Below, one piece after another: positions 38,038-48,196 of a stretch of 64,000 bases of DNA. The notes beneath the pieces are model-generated. The model did not search any database. It was given only the letters and a program-made list of their open reading frames with translations, and was not told where the DNA came from. Made by a program: the position numbers and the translations under genes. Position 1 is the first letter of the stretch. Each line of letters opens with the position of its first letter. Origin of the DNA: an uncultured Anaerolineaceae bacterium (GTDB lineage: Bacteria > Chloroflexota > Anaerolineae > Anaerolineales > UBA4823). The stretch is from contig CAZXPK010000002.1 of the NCBI GenBank assembly GCA_964642565.1, positions 130 through 64,129 on the forward strand. The letters are read 5' to 3'.

Positions 38038-41000
38038 ATGTCATTGACCAAAGAATGGCTAAATCGCGTTACCCATTGGGATAATGCTCTCTGGCAAATC
38101 TGTTATGAGCCGTTAGGGACGCTTGAGCTGAGTGGCTTTGTCACTCGAAAGCAGTTATCTTATGAACAGGCATTAAAACATAATTTTCACCCAATGCCTG
38201 TTGGCACCCCTTGGGGAGCAAAGTGGGAATATGGCTGGTTTAAATGCGATTTAACTCTACCTGAAAAAGCTGCTGGAAGGCGCATCGTGTTGTGCATGAA
38301 TCCTGCCTCCAAGCCTACCGAAAATGGTGAGTGCCTTGTTTGGTCAAATGGCAAGGTAGTGGGATCTTACGGTTGGGCCAGGCGAGAAATTACATTAACT
38401 CGAAATGGCATTCCCGGAGAAAAATTTTCGATATTAGTTGAAGCTTACGCAGGTCATGGGCCTCTCGTTATGGGTGGCGGTCCGATCCGATATGGTTACG
38501 AATCGGTCCCCGAGCCTGGGAAGACTCAAGTGGCGGTTGGAGAAAGTAATTATGGCATTTGGCGGGAACAAGCTTACCAGTTAGCGTTGGATTTCACTAC
38601 CCTCTTTGAGCTTCGAAATCGTTTAGATCCATCTTCCCTGCGAGTATCAGAGATCGATCAAGGTTTGAAAGACGTTACACTTTTGATCGATCTCGAGCTA
38701 CCTGAGCCAGAAATGTTGGAGACAATCAATCTTGGGCGGGATAGATTGCGCCCATTATTAGCATGTGTAAATGGCACGACTGCACCGATCTTCTATGCCT
38801 TTGGTCACGCTCATCTTGATATAGCCTGGCTCTGGCCATGGGCAGAATCCGACCGTAAGATCGCTCGAACGATAATTAACCAACTTTCTCTCATGGAAGA
38901 GTACCCGGAATACCGATTTTTGCAGTCGCAACCTCAACTTTATCTCATGCTCAAAAATCATTACCCCGAGTTATATGAGCGCTTTACGCAAGCCGTTCTT
39001 TCAGGTAAAGTAATTGCAGATGGAGCCATGTGGGTCGAAGCAGACACGAATATCACCGGTGGAGAAAGCCTGATCCGACAAATTATGTATGCTAGGCAAT
39101 TCTTTAAACAGGAATTCTCCAAGGATATGGAGGTTATGTGGCTTCCGGACGTGTTTGGATATTCGGGGGCTCTCCCGCAAATAATGCTCAGCTGTGGCTG
39201 CACGAGCTTTGCCACGCAAAAGATCGCCTGGATGTATCATGGGGGTGATCCATTTCCATATAATACTTTCTTATGGGAAGGGATCGATGGGTCAACCATC
39301 CCAACACACATTTTTACGGATTACAACAGTCAAACCCGACCAGGCAATATATTGGACAGGTGGGAATCCCGCTTTCAAAAAGATGGTATTCGTTCCATGT
39401 TACTCGCGTTTGGGTGGGGTGATGGCGGTGGAGGTCCAACTCGTGACCATCTGGAGTTTCTATCGCGCGCCAGAGACCTTGAAGGTCTGCCCAGAGTGGA
39501 GCTTGCTTCACCAGGTGAATTCTTCGCCGATTTAAAGCGTCAGGGGTTACCAAAAGACCGTTATGTAGGTGAGTTATATTTTCAAGCTCACCGAGGCACA
39601 TACACCTCGCAAGCAAAAATAAAACAGGGAAATCGACGCAGTGAATATACCCTGCGCGATGCCGAGATGTGGGGGACCATTGCTCACATCTTGAATGGCC
39701 ATCCCTTTTCGCCCGATGACCTAAAACCTACCTGGCATAAATTACTGCTTAACCAATTCCATGACATCTTGCCTGGCTCATCCATAAACAGGGTTAATGA
39801 AGAAGCTCTCGGTGCATTCTCCCAGGTGATCGCCAATGCAACGGATACCACGCAATCCGCAATAAAGACATTTATAAATTTAAAAGCCACAAATTCGGTC
39901 ACCGTTTTCAATTCTCTCTCCTGGGAACGAAATGTGCTCATCGAGTTACCCCAAGGGTTCGTCCAAGTGAATGTTCCAGCCTGTGGGTGGATGACATTAA
40001 ATAAAAATAATGTTGAAGGAAAATCTATCTCAAAACCTGGATACAGCGTCAAGGTAAGCGAGACCAGCCTTGAGAATGAGTTGTTACATGCCAGCCTTAA
40101 TCACAGAGGTGAGCTGATCAGCCTGGTGGATAAACAAACTGGAATTGACATGATGGCAGGAGCAGGAAATCGATTCTGTCTTTATAAAGATATCCCTGCC
40201 CGCTTTGACGCCTGGGATATTGACAGCATGACCGAAGCATTGCTTATTTCAACCGAGGAACCAGCACAGCTTGAGATCGTTCAATCGACCGATGTGATTG
40301 GGAAAATTAAACTTACCCGCAGGATTCACCAATCTACTTTAACCCAATTAATCAGTCTACGTAAAAATAGCCGCAGGATAGACTTTGAGACAACCATCGA
40401 TTGGCAGGAGAGCCATAAGTTGCTAAAAGTCGCGTTTCCGGTGAATATTCATACGAATGAAGCGATCCACGAAATCCAATTTGGTCATATTCGCCGCCCT
40501 AATCACCGCTCGCGACCATTTGATGCTGACCGGTTTGAGGTATGTCATCACAAGTGGACCGCTTTGGCAGAAGAAAACCGCGGCGTGGCTATTCTCAATG
40601 ATTGTAAATATGGGATCAATGTGCTCGGCAACAGTATGAACCTTACCCTGCTTAAATCCGCCATGGCACCCGATCCAGTCGCAGATAAAGGCATACAAAC
40701 CTTTACCTATGCAATTTATTATTGGAATGGCAGTTTCGGTGACTGCGATGTCGTAAAGGAAGGTTACGAAATGAACTGCCCAGTTCAGGTGCACCCTGGA
40801 GCTGCTGGAAAAGCCTCTATATTCGAGATAGATGCTACGAATATCATCCTCGAAACCATCAAACTTGCTGAGGATGGCTCAAACGATGTCATAGTACGCT
40901 TGTATGAAGGTAAACGTAATTTGACCCATTGTATATTGTCCACAGTTTTGCCAGTAATCAAAGCCTCGCAGACAGATATGCTTGAGAGATTTCAAAATGA

Positions 41001-41082
41001 ATTATCTATAAGTAAAGGAAAAATCGAACTAGATTTTCGACCGTTTGAGGTCAAAACCTTACGGTTATCAATAGACCATTAA
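38038..41082 (+). CDS. GH38 alpha-mannosidase
   Basis: 1014 aa with FGHAHLDIAWLWP, WLPDVFGYS and NQFHDILPGSSI motifs plus the characteristic C-terminal beta-sandwich domains. Confidence 0.9.
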   Translation: MSLTKEWLNRVTHWDNALWQICYEPLGTLELSGFVTRKQLSYEQALKHNFHPMPVGTPWGAKWEYGWFKCDLTLPEKAAGRRIVLCMNPASKPTENGECLVWSNGKVVGSYGWARREITLTRNGIPGEKFSILVEAYAGHGPLVMGGGPIRYGYESVPEPGKTQVAVGESNYGIWREQAYQLALDFTTLFELRNRLDPSSLRVSEIDQGLKDVTLLIDLELPEPEMLETINLGRDRLRPLLACVNGTTAPIFYAFGHAHLDIAWLWPWAESDRKIARTIINQLSLMEEYPEYRFLQSQPQLYLMLKNHYPELYERFTQAVLSGKVIADGAMWVEADTNITGGESLIRQIMYARQFFKQEFSKDMEVMWLPDVFGYSGALPQIMLSCGCTSFATQKIAWMYHGGDPFPYNTFLWEGIDGSTIPTHIFTDYNSQTRPGNILDRWESRFQKDGIRSMLLAFGWGDGGGGPTRDHLEFLSRARDLEGLPRVELASPGEFFADLKRQGLPKDRYVGELYFQAHRGTYTSQAKIKQGNRRSEYTLRDAEMWGTIAHILNGHPFSPDDLKPTWHKLLLNQFHDILPGSSINRVNEEALGAFSQVIANATDTTQSAIKTFINLKATNSVTVFNSLSWERNVLIELPQGFVQVNVPACGWMTLNKNNVEGKSISKPGYSVKVSETSLENELLHASLNHRGELISLVDKQTGIDMMAGAGNRFCLYKDIPARFDAWDIDSMTEALLISTEEPAQLEIVQSTDVIGKIKLTRRIHQSTLTQLISLRKNSRRIDFETTIDWQESHKLLKVAFPVNIHTNEAIHEIQFGHIRRPNHRSRPFDADRFEVCHHKWTALAEENRGVAILNDCKYGINVLGNSMNLTLLKSAMAPDPVADKGIQTFTYAIYYWNGSFGDCDVVKEGYEMNCPVQVHPGAAGKASIFEIDATNIILETIKLAEDGSNDVIVRLYEGKRNLTHCILSTVLPVIKASQTDMLERFQNELSISKGKIELDFRPFEVKTLRLSIDH

Positions 41083-41128
41083 ATCATCTCGACATAAGAT
41101 TTAATCGACAAGTAGGATAACAATCTAT

Positions 41129-41917
41129 ATGGAAGAAAGACTACAAAAGATTTTGGCCTATGCTGGTTATGGATCGCGCCGGTCTTGCGAAGAGCTGATT
41201 GCTGCAGGTCGTGTGACCGTGAATGGTCAAGTGGCTCACCTTGGATCGAAAGCTGATATCCAAAGAGATCAGGTCAAGCTGGACGGTAAATTAGTTAAAC
41301 CTCCGGAAGCTTTCCAATATATCGCTTTGTACAAGCCCAGGGGGGTCTTATCCACTGTCAGCGCCCCAGACCCCCGTCCCACGGTACGTGAGCTGGTGCA
41401 AATCGAAGGCAGTCTTTATCCAGTCGGGCGTCTTGATGTGGACAGTGAAGGTTTAATTCTCCTGACAAATGATGGCGAATTAGCCAACCAGCTAACCCAT
41501 CCGCGCTACGGGCATGAGAAAGAATATCGGGTTTTGGTAGCCCGTCACCCGGATGATAAACAGCTGACTGCCTGGCGGCATGGAGTGGTATTAGAGGATG
41601 AGTATCATAGCTCTCCCGCCCAAGTGGAGATTGAATCTCACTCAGGCAAGGGTACCTGGGTGCGTGTGATTATGAAGGAAGGTCGTAAAAGACAAATACG
41701 CGATACGTGCCGGCAGATTGGGCTGCCTGTGGTCAGTATTGTGCGCGTCAGGATAGGAAACTTATTTCTGGGGAACCTTAAGCCAAATCAGTGGCGCCAT
41801 CTCACCCCTGCAGAAATTAAGTCATTAAAAACTCAGGCTAAATCTTTACCAATGCCAAAATCCGCCCTGGTTAACAAGGCTAGAGCACCTAAGAGGGGTA
41901 AAAAGCCATCCGACTAA
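41129..41917 (+). CDS. Pseudouridine synthase, RsuA/RluB family (S4 domain plus catalytic domain)
   Basis: 262 aa with RLQKILAYAGYGSRR (S4), catalytic GRLDVDSEGLILLTNDG and a basic C-terminal tail. Confidence 0.88.
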   Translation: MEERLQKILAYAGYGSRRSCEELIAAGRVTVNGQVAHLGSKADIQRDQVKLDGKLVKPPEAFQYIALYKPRGVLSTVSAPDPRPTVRELVQIEGSLYPVGRLDVDSEGLILLTNDGELANQLTHPRYGHEKEYRVLVARHPDDKQLTAWRHGVVLEDEYHSSPAQVEIESHSGKGTWVRVIMKEGRKRQIRDTCRQIGLPVVSIVRVRIGNLFLGNLKPNQWRHLTPAEIKSLKTQAKSLPMPKSALVNKARAPKRGKKPSD

Positions 41918-41962
41918 GAGCGTCTGTCAGATTTAGATACTCATTGCGTTTATCCCATTAAA

Positions 41963-42514
41963 TTGATCATGCGAGCCTCCCAACCACCGCTGCAGGATCC
42001 TGAAGCCTTCAGTAATCTTTACACGAACACACAGATTATCATCTTTCGCTTTATTTATGGCATGCATGGTGGTCCGATTGAAGAGGTGGAGGATTTAACC
42101 TGTGACACTTATATGCGAGCCTGGAAGGGGCGAGGTCGTTTTTTTGGTGACGATCATGAGGCATTATGTTGGCTTTTCACGATCGGACACCACCTGGTCA
42201 TAGATGCACATCGTCGAAGGAAAACGCATCCAGACAATACTAACGTTATATTGGATGACACCAACATTAATCATATATACATATCTTCCCAAGTCACACC
42301 AGAAGAACAAGCTACCCGTCATGAGCAATTCAAACACCTGTGGCAAGTTTTACAAAATCTTCCGGATGATAAGCGCGAGATGTTAGTCTTGCGTTATATG
42401 CTTGGATGGAAAGTGAAGCAGATAGCAGAATATTTGCAAAAAGAAGAAAATACAGTCTCAGTAACTATCCGCCGATGCTTGAAGCAAATTCGCCAAGATT
42501 GGTCAAAAGGTTGA
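41963..42514 (+). CDS. ECF-type RNA polymerase sigma-70 family factor
   Basis: 183 aa with region 2 (DLTCDTYMRAW...WLFTIGHHLVIDAHRR) and region 4 (LPDDKREMLVLRYMLGWKVKQIAEYLQKEENTVSVTIRRCLKQI). Confidence 0.85.
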   Translation: MIMRASQPPLQDPEAFSNLYTNTQIIIFRFIYGMHGGPIEEVEDLTCDTYMRAWKGRGRFFGDDHEALCWLFTIGHHLVIDAHRRRKTHPDNTNVILDDTNINHIYISSQVTPEEQATRHEQFKHLWQVLQNLPDDKREMLVLRYMLGWKVKQIAEYLQKEENTVSVTIRRCLKQIRQDWSKG

Positions 42515-42522
42515 GTCATCCT

Positions 42523-43353
42523 ATGGACAAGTCACCATATCAAAATGCACCAACTGAATTTGAAATTGAAGAAATGTTGAGCTCTATCAGACCTCAACCT
42601 ACTACACGATTTTATAATAGGATACGCATCGCCCCATGGCTACGACCAAGCTCTTCTACCGTCTTAAACTCTTTGGCTTACTGGAAACCAGCTCGCAGGT
42701 TAGTACTAGGGCTTATTGTTTTATTCTTGATAATTGCAATGCTTGGAATCGCATTTATTCCCTCAGTTCGAGCAATCGCCAGGCAAATCTTTTATTCCTT
42801 CATCCCCGCACCGTCGAATCAGATCGAAGTTCAGGTCACTCCTGCCAGTCCAGGGGATTTATTTAACTTTTCAGATCCAGCTAACTTTACACTCAGTATG
42901 AGTGAAGTTCAACAACAGGCTGGTTTTGGGGTGAAATCAATCTCATCGTTACCTGAAGGTCTTACATTCACCGGGTCACGGTATGATGCAAGCTACAATG
43001 CTGTGACACTTCTCTATCTGGGTAATAATTACAAACTTTTCCTCACACAGCGACCCCGAGGGAATAGTCAAGACGTGTTCAGTATTGGAGCGAGTGCCAT
43101 GGTTAAACTAGTTAAGATTGGGGATATGCAAGGTGAATTCGTGGTTGGTGGATGGAAAGCCATCTCTACGGAACCAGCTTCCGAAAAGCAAACTCCCACC
43201 AGTTTGATAAATATAAACGCCATTTGGGATAACGATTTACCTCAATCAACACTTCGCTGGCTGGCGGGTGACATTGTTTATGAATTACGAACTATTGGTG
43301 AAGGCAGTCCCACACAATCGGAGCTTATTAATTTGGCGAATGAGTTAAAATAA
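42523..43353 (+). CDS. Putative anti-sigma factor: single-pass membrane protein with extracytoplasmic DUF4367-like domain
   Basis: It starts at an ATG 9 nt after the sigma-factor stop. It has one TM helix (LVLGLIVLFLIIAMLGIAFI). The C-terminal domain (FGVKSISSLPEGLTFTG...LFLTQR) resembles the DUF4367/outer-membrane-lipoprotein-sorting fold. Confidence 0.6.
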   Translation: MDKSPYQNAPTEFEIEEMLSSIRPQPTTRFYNRIRIAPWLRPSSSTVLNSLAYWKPARRLVLGLIVLFLIIAMLGIAFIPSVRAIARQIFYSFIPAPSNQIEVQVTPASPGDLFNFSDPANFTLSMSEVQQQAGFGVKSISSLPEGLTFTGSRYDASYNAVTLLYLGNNYKLFLTQRPRGNSQDVFSIGASAMVKLVKIGDMQGEFVVGGWKAISTEPASEKQTPTSLININAIWDNDLPQSTLRWLAGDIVYELRTIGEGSPTQSELINLANELK

Positions 43354-43387
43354 GCGCGTTTGATTAGATATATCTTGAGGAGAAATT

Positions 43388-46300
43388 ATGGAAATTCCCC
43401 TGACTCCATCTACTGAATTAAAGAAATCATGGCTAGATCGCCCTATCTTTAATTCTCCTGTGATCAGTTTAGAAAAGCTAATATTCGCATTAATCTTGAT
43501 TATTGCTATTTTCACTCGATTATATATGCTTGAGCCACGGGTGATGAGCCATGACGAAACATCCCATACTTACTTCTCCTGGTTGTACTACGAAGGAAAT
43601 GGCTATGCGCATGATCCAGTAACTCATGGTCCGCTCCAATTCCACCTGGTTGCCCTCACATTTTTTTTATTTGGCGATAGTGACACAACTGCACGAATTC
43701 CCGCAGCTTTATTCAGTATTGCTACGGTAGCATTCATGTGGGTGTATCGCCGTTATTTAGGTCGTTTAGGAGCCCTTGTAGCAGCTCTGTTGCTTACTAT
43801 CTCACCTTATATGCTCTATTACGGACGCTACGTGCGTAACGAAGCATTTGTAGCATTTTTTGGTGTGGTGATGCTTTGGTCAATGCTTCGTTATATCGAT
43901 ACAGGCAAGATTAAATTCTTGTATATTTTTACTACTGTCACAGTACTACATTTTTGTACCAAAGAAACATCATTTATATATTCTGCCCAAGCCTTATTAT
44001 TTTTGGCATTATATTTAATTTATCGTTTGATGAAGCGCAAATGGAATCATGAAAAACACCGATCATCTTTCATATATGCACTAGTTTTTTCATTGGTAAT
44101 TCTTATCGTAGGTATGGGGATCAAATTCCCCAGCAGCCAAACAACGGTCACCGAGCAACCTACTTATCCGACCTTCGCATCCATCCCGACTTTCATACCC
44201 ATTTTAGTAATAATCCTGGGGCTGCTTGGCGCAATAGCTGCTATCTATTTTGCTATATCCGGTTTTGGTCTCCATCGCATACGGGAGGAACGCTCTTTTG
44301 ATTTACTCATGTTGCTGGGTACGCTCGTATTGCCCCAACTATCAGCCTTTGGAATAAATTTCTTCGGCTGGAAAGTCCCAGTAAACGCGACTGAAGTGCG
44401 TGCCCTCACCTTCATAGATCTTGCGCATATGGCCACTATCGTGATCCCAGTGATCATTGTCTCTATCATCCTGGGTTTATGGTGGAACAAGCGCCAATGG
44501 TTGATTAATGCGGGAATCTGGTATGTAATATATATCGTGCTGTATACCAGCATATTCACGAACGTTGAGGCTGGGTTTTTCACAGGTTTGGTAGGCTCGC
44601 TTGGATATTGGTTAGCACAGCAAGCCGTAAACCGGGGTGATCAGCCAATGTATTACTATGCACTGATTCAAATCCCAATGTACGAGTTCTTACCTGCAAT
44701 AGGCAGTATTCTGGGTATCTTTCTCGCAATCATGGGACGTAAGACCATCCACGATGATACTTTTACAGCTGAAAACCGGATGATCGAAGAGCCAGATCTA
44801 CCAATACCTACATCAACCGATGAAGAAACAGACGATGACGATTCGCAAGTAGAGACTTCAATAACGCCGGCTGAAGAACCATCGTCCTTGCCTGTAAAAA
44901 CTCCAGTAATTGGACTGCTTGTCTTTTGGGCTGTTACCAGCTTATTGGCATTTTCCATTGCCGGAGAAAAAATGCCTTGGCTTACCGTGCATATAACACT
45001 GCCAATGATCTTGCTTTCAGGCTGGTCAATCGGTTACCTGTTTGATACCACGGATTGGATTGCATTCCGTAGTAAAAAAGGGTGGCTGGCAATTGCCCTT
45101 CTCGTTGTATTTGTTCCAGCACTGCTGAGTGCATTACGTTTATTGCTTGGAAGCACCCCACCCTTCGCAGGTAAGTCTTTAGACCAATTAGCTGCTACAG
45201 GTGGCTTCGTCATCGCATTACTGATGACGATTGCCAGTGCAGTCGGTATTATTTATTTAACTAAAGATTGGTCACCCCGCTTGGTCCGCCGGGGTATCAG
45301 CTTCGTTTTCCTGGGTTTGTTAGCTGTCCTCACCGTCCGGGCAGCATTCACAGCCTCCTATATTAATTATGATACAGCCAAAGAATACCTGGTATACGCA
45401 CACTGTGCACCGGGCGATAAGATCGCCCTGCAACAAATCACCGATATTTCCAGGCGTCTTACTGGTGGGCTCGATATGACGGTTGCTTATGACGATAAAA
45501 CTACGTATCCATTTTGGTGGTATTTGCGTAATTTCCCCAACCAGCGCTATTATGGAAGCACCCCCACGCGTGACTTGCGCGATGTTCCCGTCATACTGGT
45601 TGGGCAAGATAATTTCGGAAAAATCGAAGCCGTGGTTGGCCAGGCATATAATGAATTTGATTACATCCGTATATGGTGGCCAAATATGGATTATTTTAAT
45701 TTGAACTCACAACGATTGCTTTACGTCATCACTAATCCCCAGATGCGTGAAGCTATCTTCCAAGTTTGGTTGAATAGGGATTACAAATTGTATAGCCAGC
45801 TCGTGGGGCAAGATATGAGCCTTCAAAATTGGAACCCCTCCGAAAAGATGCGCTTGTATATCAGGAAAGATGTCGTAGCCCAGTTATGGGATTACGGCTC
45901 TACAGCCAGCACCACCCCAGTCCAGGCTGACCCGTATGAAGGGAAACAGCTTATGGTGAATGCAGATCAGGTAATCGGCTCGACCGGTACTGAACCCGGC
46001 CAATTCCAAAGCCCTCGCGACCTGGCTCTCGCACCAGATGGTACACTTTACGTGGCTGATACATCTAATAATCGCATCCAACACCTAGCTACGGATGGAA
46101 GTGTGTTACAGGTTTGGGGTTCATTTGCAGACATCTCTAAAGGTGAGGCACCCGGTGGCACGTTCTATGAACCTTGGGCGATTGCTGTTGGTACTGATGG
46201 CTCGGTATACGTAGCTGACACATGGAATTATCGTATACAAAAGTTCACTGCAGAAGGTCAGTTTGTGAATATGTGGGGTTATTTTGGTCAGGCAGATACT

Positions 46301-46846
46301 CCCTTTGCCATATGGGGACCGCGTGATATTGCCATGGATAGTAAGGGAAACCTGTTAGTCACAGATACTGGCAATAAGCGAGTAGTTGTATATGACGCGG
46401 ATGGGAATTACATCAACCAATTCGGCTCTGTCGGACTGGAACCTGGTCAGTTCGATGAACCTGTGGGTATCGCAGTGGATAAGGATGGTTTGGTATACAT
46501 CGCTGATACATGGAATCAGCGAATTCAGGTAATGGTAGCAGATGCAAGTGGCAGTTATCTCCCCCTTAATAATTGGGAAGTCGCCGCCTGGTATGGTCAG
46601 TCATTGGATAATAAGCCTTACCTTGCAGTGGATAACAATGGTAATGTGTATGCCACCGATCCTGAGGGCTACCGTGTTTTGCATTTCACTTCAACAGGGA
46701 CTTTCGTCAATTACTTTGGGGATTATGGCATTGGCACCAATGGTTTCAATTTTCCCACTGGCATTATTGTCGATGAGAAAGGCGGTGTCTGGATTGCAGA
46801 TACGGGAAATGGCCGCATTATGCATTTCAGCTTGCCAGCTCAATAA
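43388..46846 (+). CDS. GT-C-fold glycosyltransferase-like membrane protein (TIGR03663/PMT-like) fused to a six-bladed NHL beta-propeller
   Basis: 1152 aa. The N-terminal polytopic region carries the DE (MSHDETSH) and HGP (VTHGPLQF) signatures, followed by an acidic linker (TDEETDDDDSQ). The C-terminus has six NHL repeats of the form GxFxxPxGIAVDxxGxxYVADTxNxRIQ. A GAGGAG SD is present. Confidence 0.75.
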   Translation: MEIPLTPSTELKKSWLDRPIFNSPVISLEKLIFALILIIAIFTRLYMLEPRVMSHDETSHTYFSWLYYEGNGYAHDPVTHGPLQFHLVALTFFLFGDSDTTARIPAALFSIATVAFMWVYRRYLGRLGALVAALLLTISPYMLYYGRYVRNEAFVAFFGVVMLWSMLRYIDTGKIKFLYIFTTVTVLHFCTKETSFIYSAQALLFLALYLIYRLMKRKWNHEKHRSSFIYALVFSLVILIVGMGIKFPSSQTTVTEQPTYPTFASIPTFIPILVIILGLLGAIAAIYFAISGFGLHRIREERSFDLLMLLGTLVLPQLSAFGINFFGWKVPVNATEVRALTFIDLAHMATIVIPVIIVSIILGLWWNKRQWLINAGIWYVIYIVLYTSIFTNVEAGFFTGLVGSLGYWLAQQAVNRGDQPMYYYALIQIPMYEFLPAIGSILGIFLAIMGRKTIHDDTFTAENRMIEEPDLPIPTSTDEETDDDDSQVETSITPAEEPSSLPVKTPVIGLLVFWAVTSLLAFSIAGEKMPWLTVHITLPMILLSGWSIGYLFDTTDWIAFRSKKGWLAIALLVVFVPALLSALRLLLGSTPPFAGKSLDQLAATGGFVIALLMTIASAVGIIYLTKDWSPRLVRRGISFVFLGLLAVLTVRAAFTASYINYDTAKEYLVYAHCAPGDKIALQQITDISRRLTGGLDMTVAYDDKTTYPFWWYLRNFPNQRYYGSTPTRDLRDVPVILVGQDNFGKIEAVVGQAYNEFDYIRIWWPNMDYFNLNSQRLLYVITNPQMREAIFQVWLNRDYKLYSQLVGQDMSLQNWNPSEKMRLYIRKDVVAQLWDYGSTASTTPVQADPYEGKQLMVNADQVIGSTGTEPGQFQSPRDLALAPDGTLYVADTSNNRIQHLATDGSVLQVWGSFADISKGEAPGGTFYEPWAIAVGTDGSVYVADTWNYRIQKFTAEGQFVNMWGYFGQADTPFAIWGPRDIAMDSKGNLLVTDTGNKRVVVYDADGNYINQFGSVGLEPGQFDEPVGIAVDKDGLVYIADTWNQRIQVMVADASGSYLPLNNWEVAAWYGQSLDNKPYLAVDNNGNVYATDPEGYRVLHFTSTGTFVNYFGDYGIGTNGFNFPTGIIVDEKGGVWIADTGNGRIMHFSLPAQ

Positions 46847-46860
46847 GCCCATTTATCGAG

Positions 46861-46898
46861 CAATGCCCTTTGAGTATTTGATGTCTCAAAGGGCATTG
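46861..46898 (+). terminator. Rho-independent terminator after the GT-C-NHL gene
   Basis: CAATGCCCTTTGAG-(10 nt)-CTCAAAGGGCATTG forms a 14-bp perfect stem followed by TTT. Confidence 0.7.
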
Positions 46899-46983
46899 TT
46901 TAACTATGGGTGATTGGGCTCAAAACATTATTTATGTGACCCCTGACAAGTTATGTTCGTCAAACGACGCCTACAAGTCAGGG

Positions 46984-46992
46984 TGGTATAAT
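46984..46992 (+). promoter_or_regulatory. Extended -10 element (TGgTATAAT) upstream of sucC
   Basis: TGGTATAAT lies 50 nt upstream of the sucC ATG. The GAGGAG SD lies between them. No convincing -35 element was found. Confidence 0.4.
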
Positions 46993-47042
46993 CTCCCCGC
47001 TAATATTAAACATAATTTCCCTCAAGTGAGGAGTTACATGGG

Positions 47043-48191
47043 ATGAAATTACACGAATACCAATCAAAACAAATATTTTCACGATATAGCATACCCATAC
47101 CTAAAGGGAGTGTTGCTACCACAGCGGATGAAGCACGTCACATCGCGAACGAGCTGGGGGGTCGAGTGGTGATAAAGTCGCAGGTGCTGGTCGGCGGTCG
47201 TGGCAAGGCAGGAGGCATTCGCCTGGCAAAAGATCCACACGAAGCTGAAGATGTAGCTGCCCAGATCCTGGCAATGGAAATCAAAGGTCTCCCAGTTCGA
47301 AAAGTCCTGGTGGATGAAGCTGCTAATATTTCCAAAGAGATTTACCTGGGTATAACCAATGACAGGGCAGCTCGAATGCCTGTAATGATGGCTTCTTCAG
47401 CTGGTGGGGTGGAGATCGAAGAGGTCGCGCGTACCACACCAGAAAAAATTATCAAATCTCACATTGATCCTCTCCTCGGACTAAAAGATTACCAGGCGCG
47501 CAATATTGCCATCGGAATTGATCTACCCAAGCAACATTGGAAAGTTTTCAACCAGATAGCCAATGGCCTTTGGCGTGCTTACCAGGATTGTGATGCCACT
47601 TTGGCTGAGATCAATCCGCTGGTCATCACTGAGGATAAACAGCTGATTGCTCTGGATGGAAAAATGCTCATTGATGATAATGCTCTCTTCCGCCATCCAG
47701 ACCTGGCTGAATTACGAGACCTGGATGTTGAAGCTCCTGCAGAGGTAGAAGCACGAAAGTATGGCCTGACGTACATCAAGTTGGATGGAAACATTGGCTG
47801 CATGGTCAATGGTGCAGGGTTGGCCATGACCACCATGGATATTATTAAGTTATTTGGTGGTGAGCCTGCCAATTTCCTGGACATTGGTGGCGGTGCTGGT
47901 AGTGATAAAGTTGCGGCTGCCATTCGTATCATATTGACTGATCCGAATGTTAAAGCTGTTTTATTCAACATATTTGGGGGCATCACGCGCGGTGATGAAG
48001 TAGCACGAGGCATCTTAACAGCACTGAATGAAGTCAGACCGCATATCCCGATGGTAGTTCGTTTAGTTGGTACGAATGCAGTAGAAGGTCGCAAGCTGCT
48101 CTCGGATGCAAATATGATCACAGCAGAAACCCTGGTAGACGCAGCTAAAAAATCGGTTGCTGCTGCCAAATCTGAGAAAGCAGGGAGGTAG
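47043..48191 (+). CDS. sucC: Succinyl-CoA synthetase beta subunit
   Basis: 382 aa with [12 protein letters not shown] and the ATP-grasp region; INPLV and [18 protein letters not shown] are also present. Confidence 0.95.
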   Translation: MKLHEYQSKQIFSRYSIPIPKGSVATTADEARHIANELGGRVVIKSQVLVGGRGKAGGIRLAKDPHEAEDVAAQILAMEIKGLPVRKVLVDEAANISKEIYLGITNDRAARMPVMMASSAGGVEIEEVARTTPEKIIKSHIDPLLGLKDYQARNIAIGIDLPKQHWKVFNQIANGLWRAYQDCDATLAEINPLVITEDKQLIALDGKMLIDDNALFRHPDLAELRDLDVEAPAEVEARKYGLTYIKLDGNIGCMVNGAGLAMTTMDIIKLFGGEPANFLDIGGGAGSDKVAAAIRIILTDPNVKAVLFNIFGGITRGDEVARGILTALNEVRPHIPMVVRLVGTNAVEGRKLLSDANMITAETLVDAAKKSVAAAKSEKAGR

Positions 48192-48196
48192 TACCG

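Noticed and set aside
42406-42522. Longer anti-sigma ORF overlapping the end of the sigma-factor gene
   Set aside because: The extension is an out-of-frame read-through of sigma region 4. An ATG at 42523, just after the sigma stop, gives a sensible anti-sigma N-terminus.
47579-48169. 196-aa ORF antisense to sucC
   Set aside because: It lies entirely within, and opposite to, the strongly supported sucC gene. Its translation is low-complexity (Ala/Ser/Pro/Arg-rich), typical of antisense frames of biased coding sequence.
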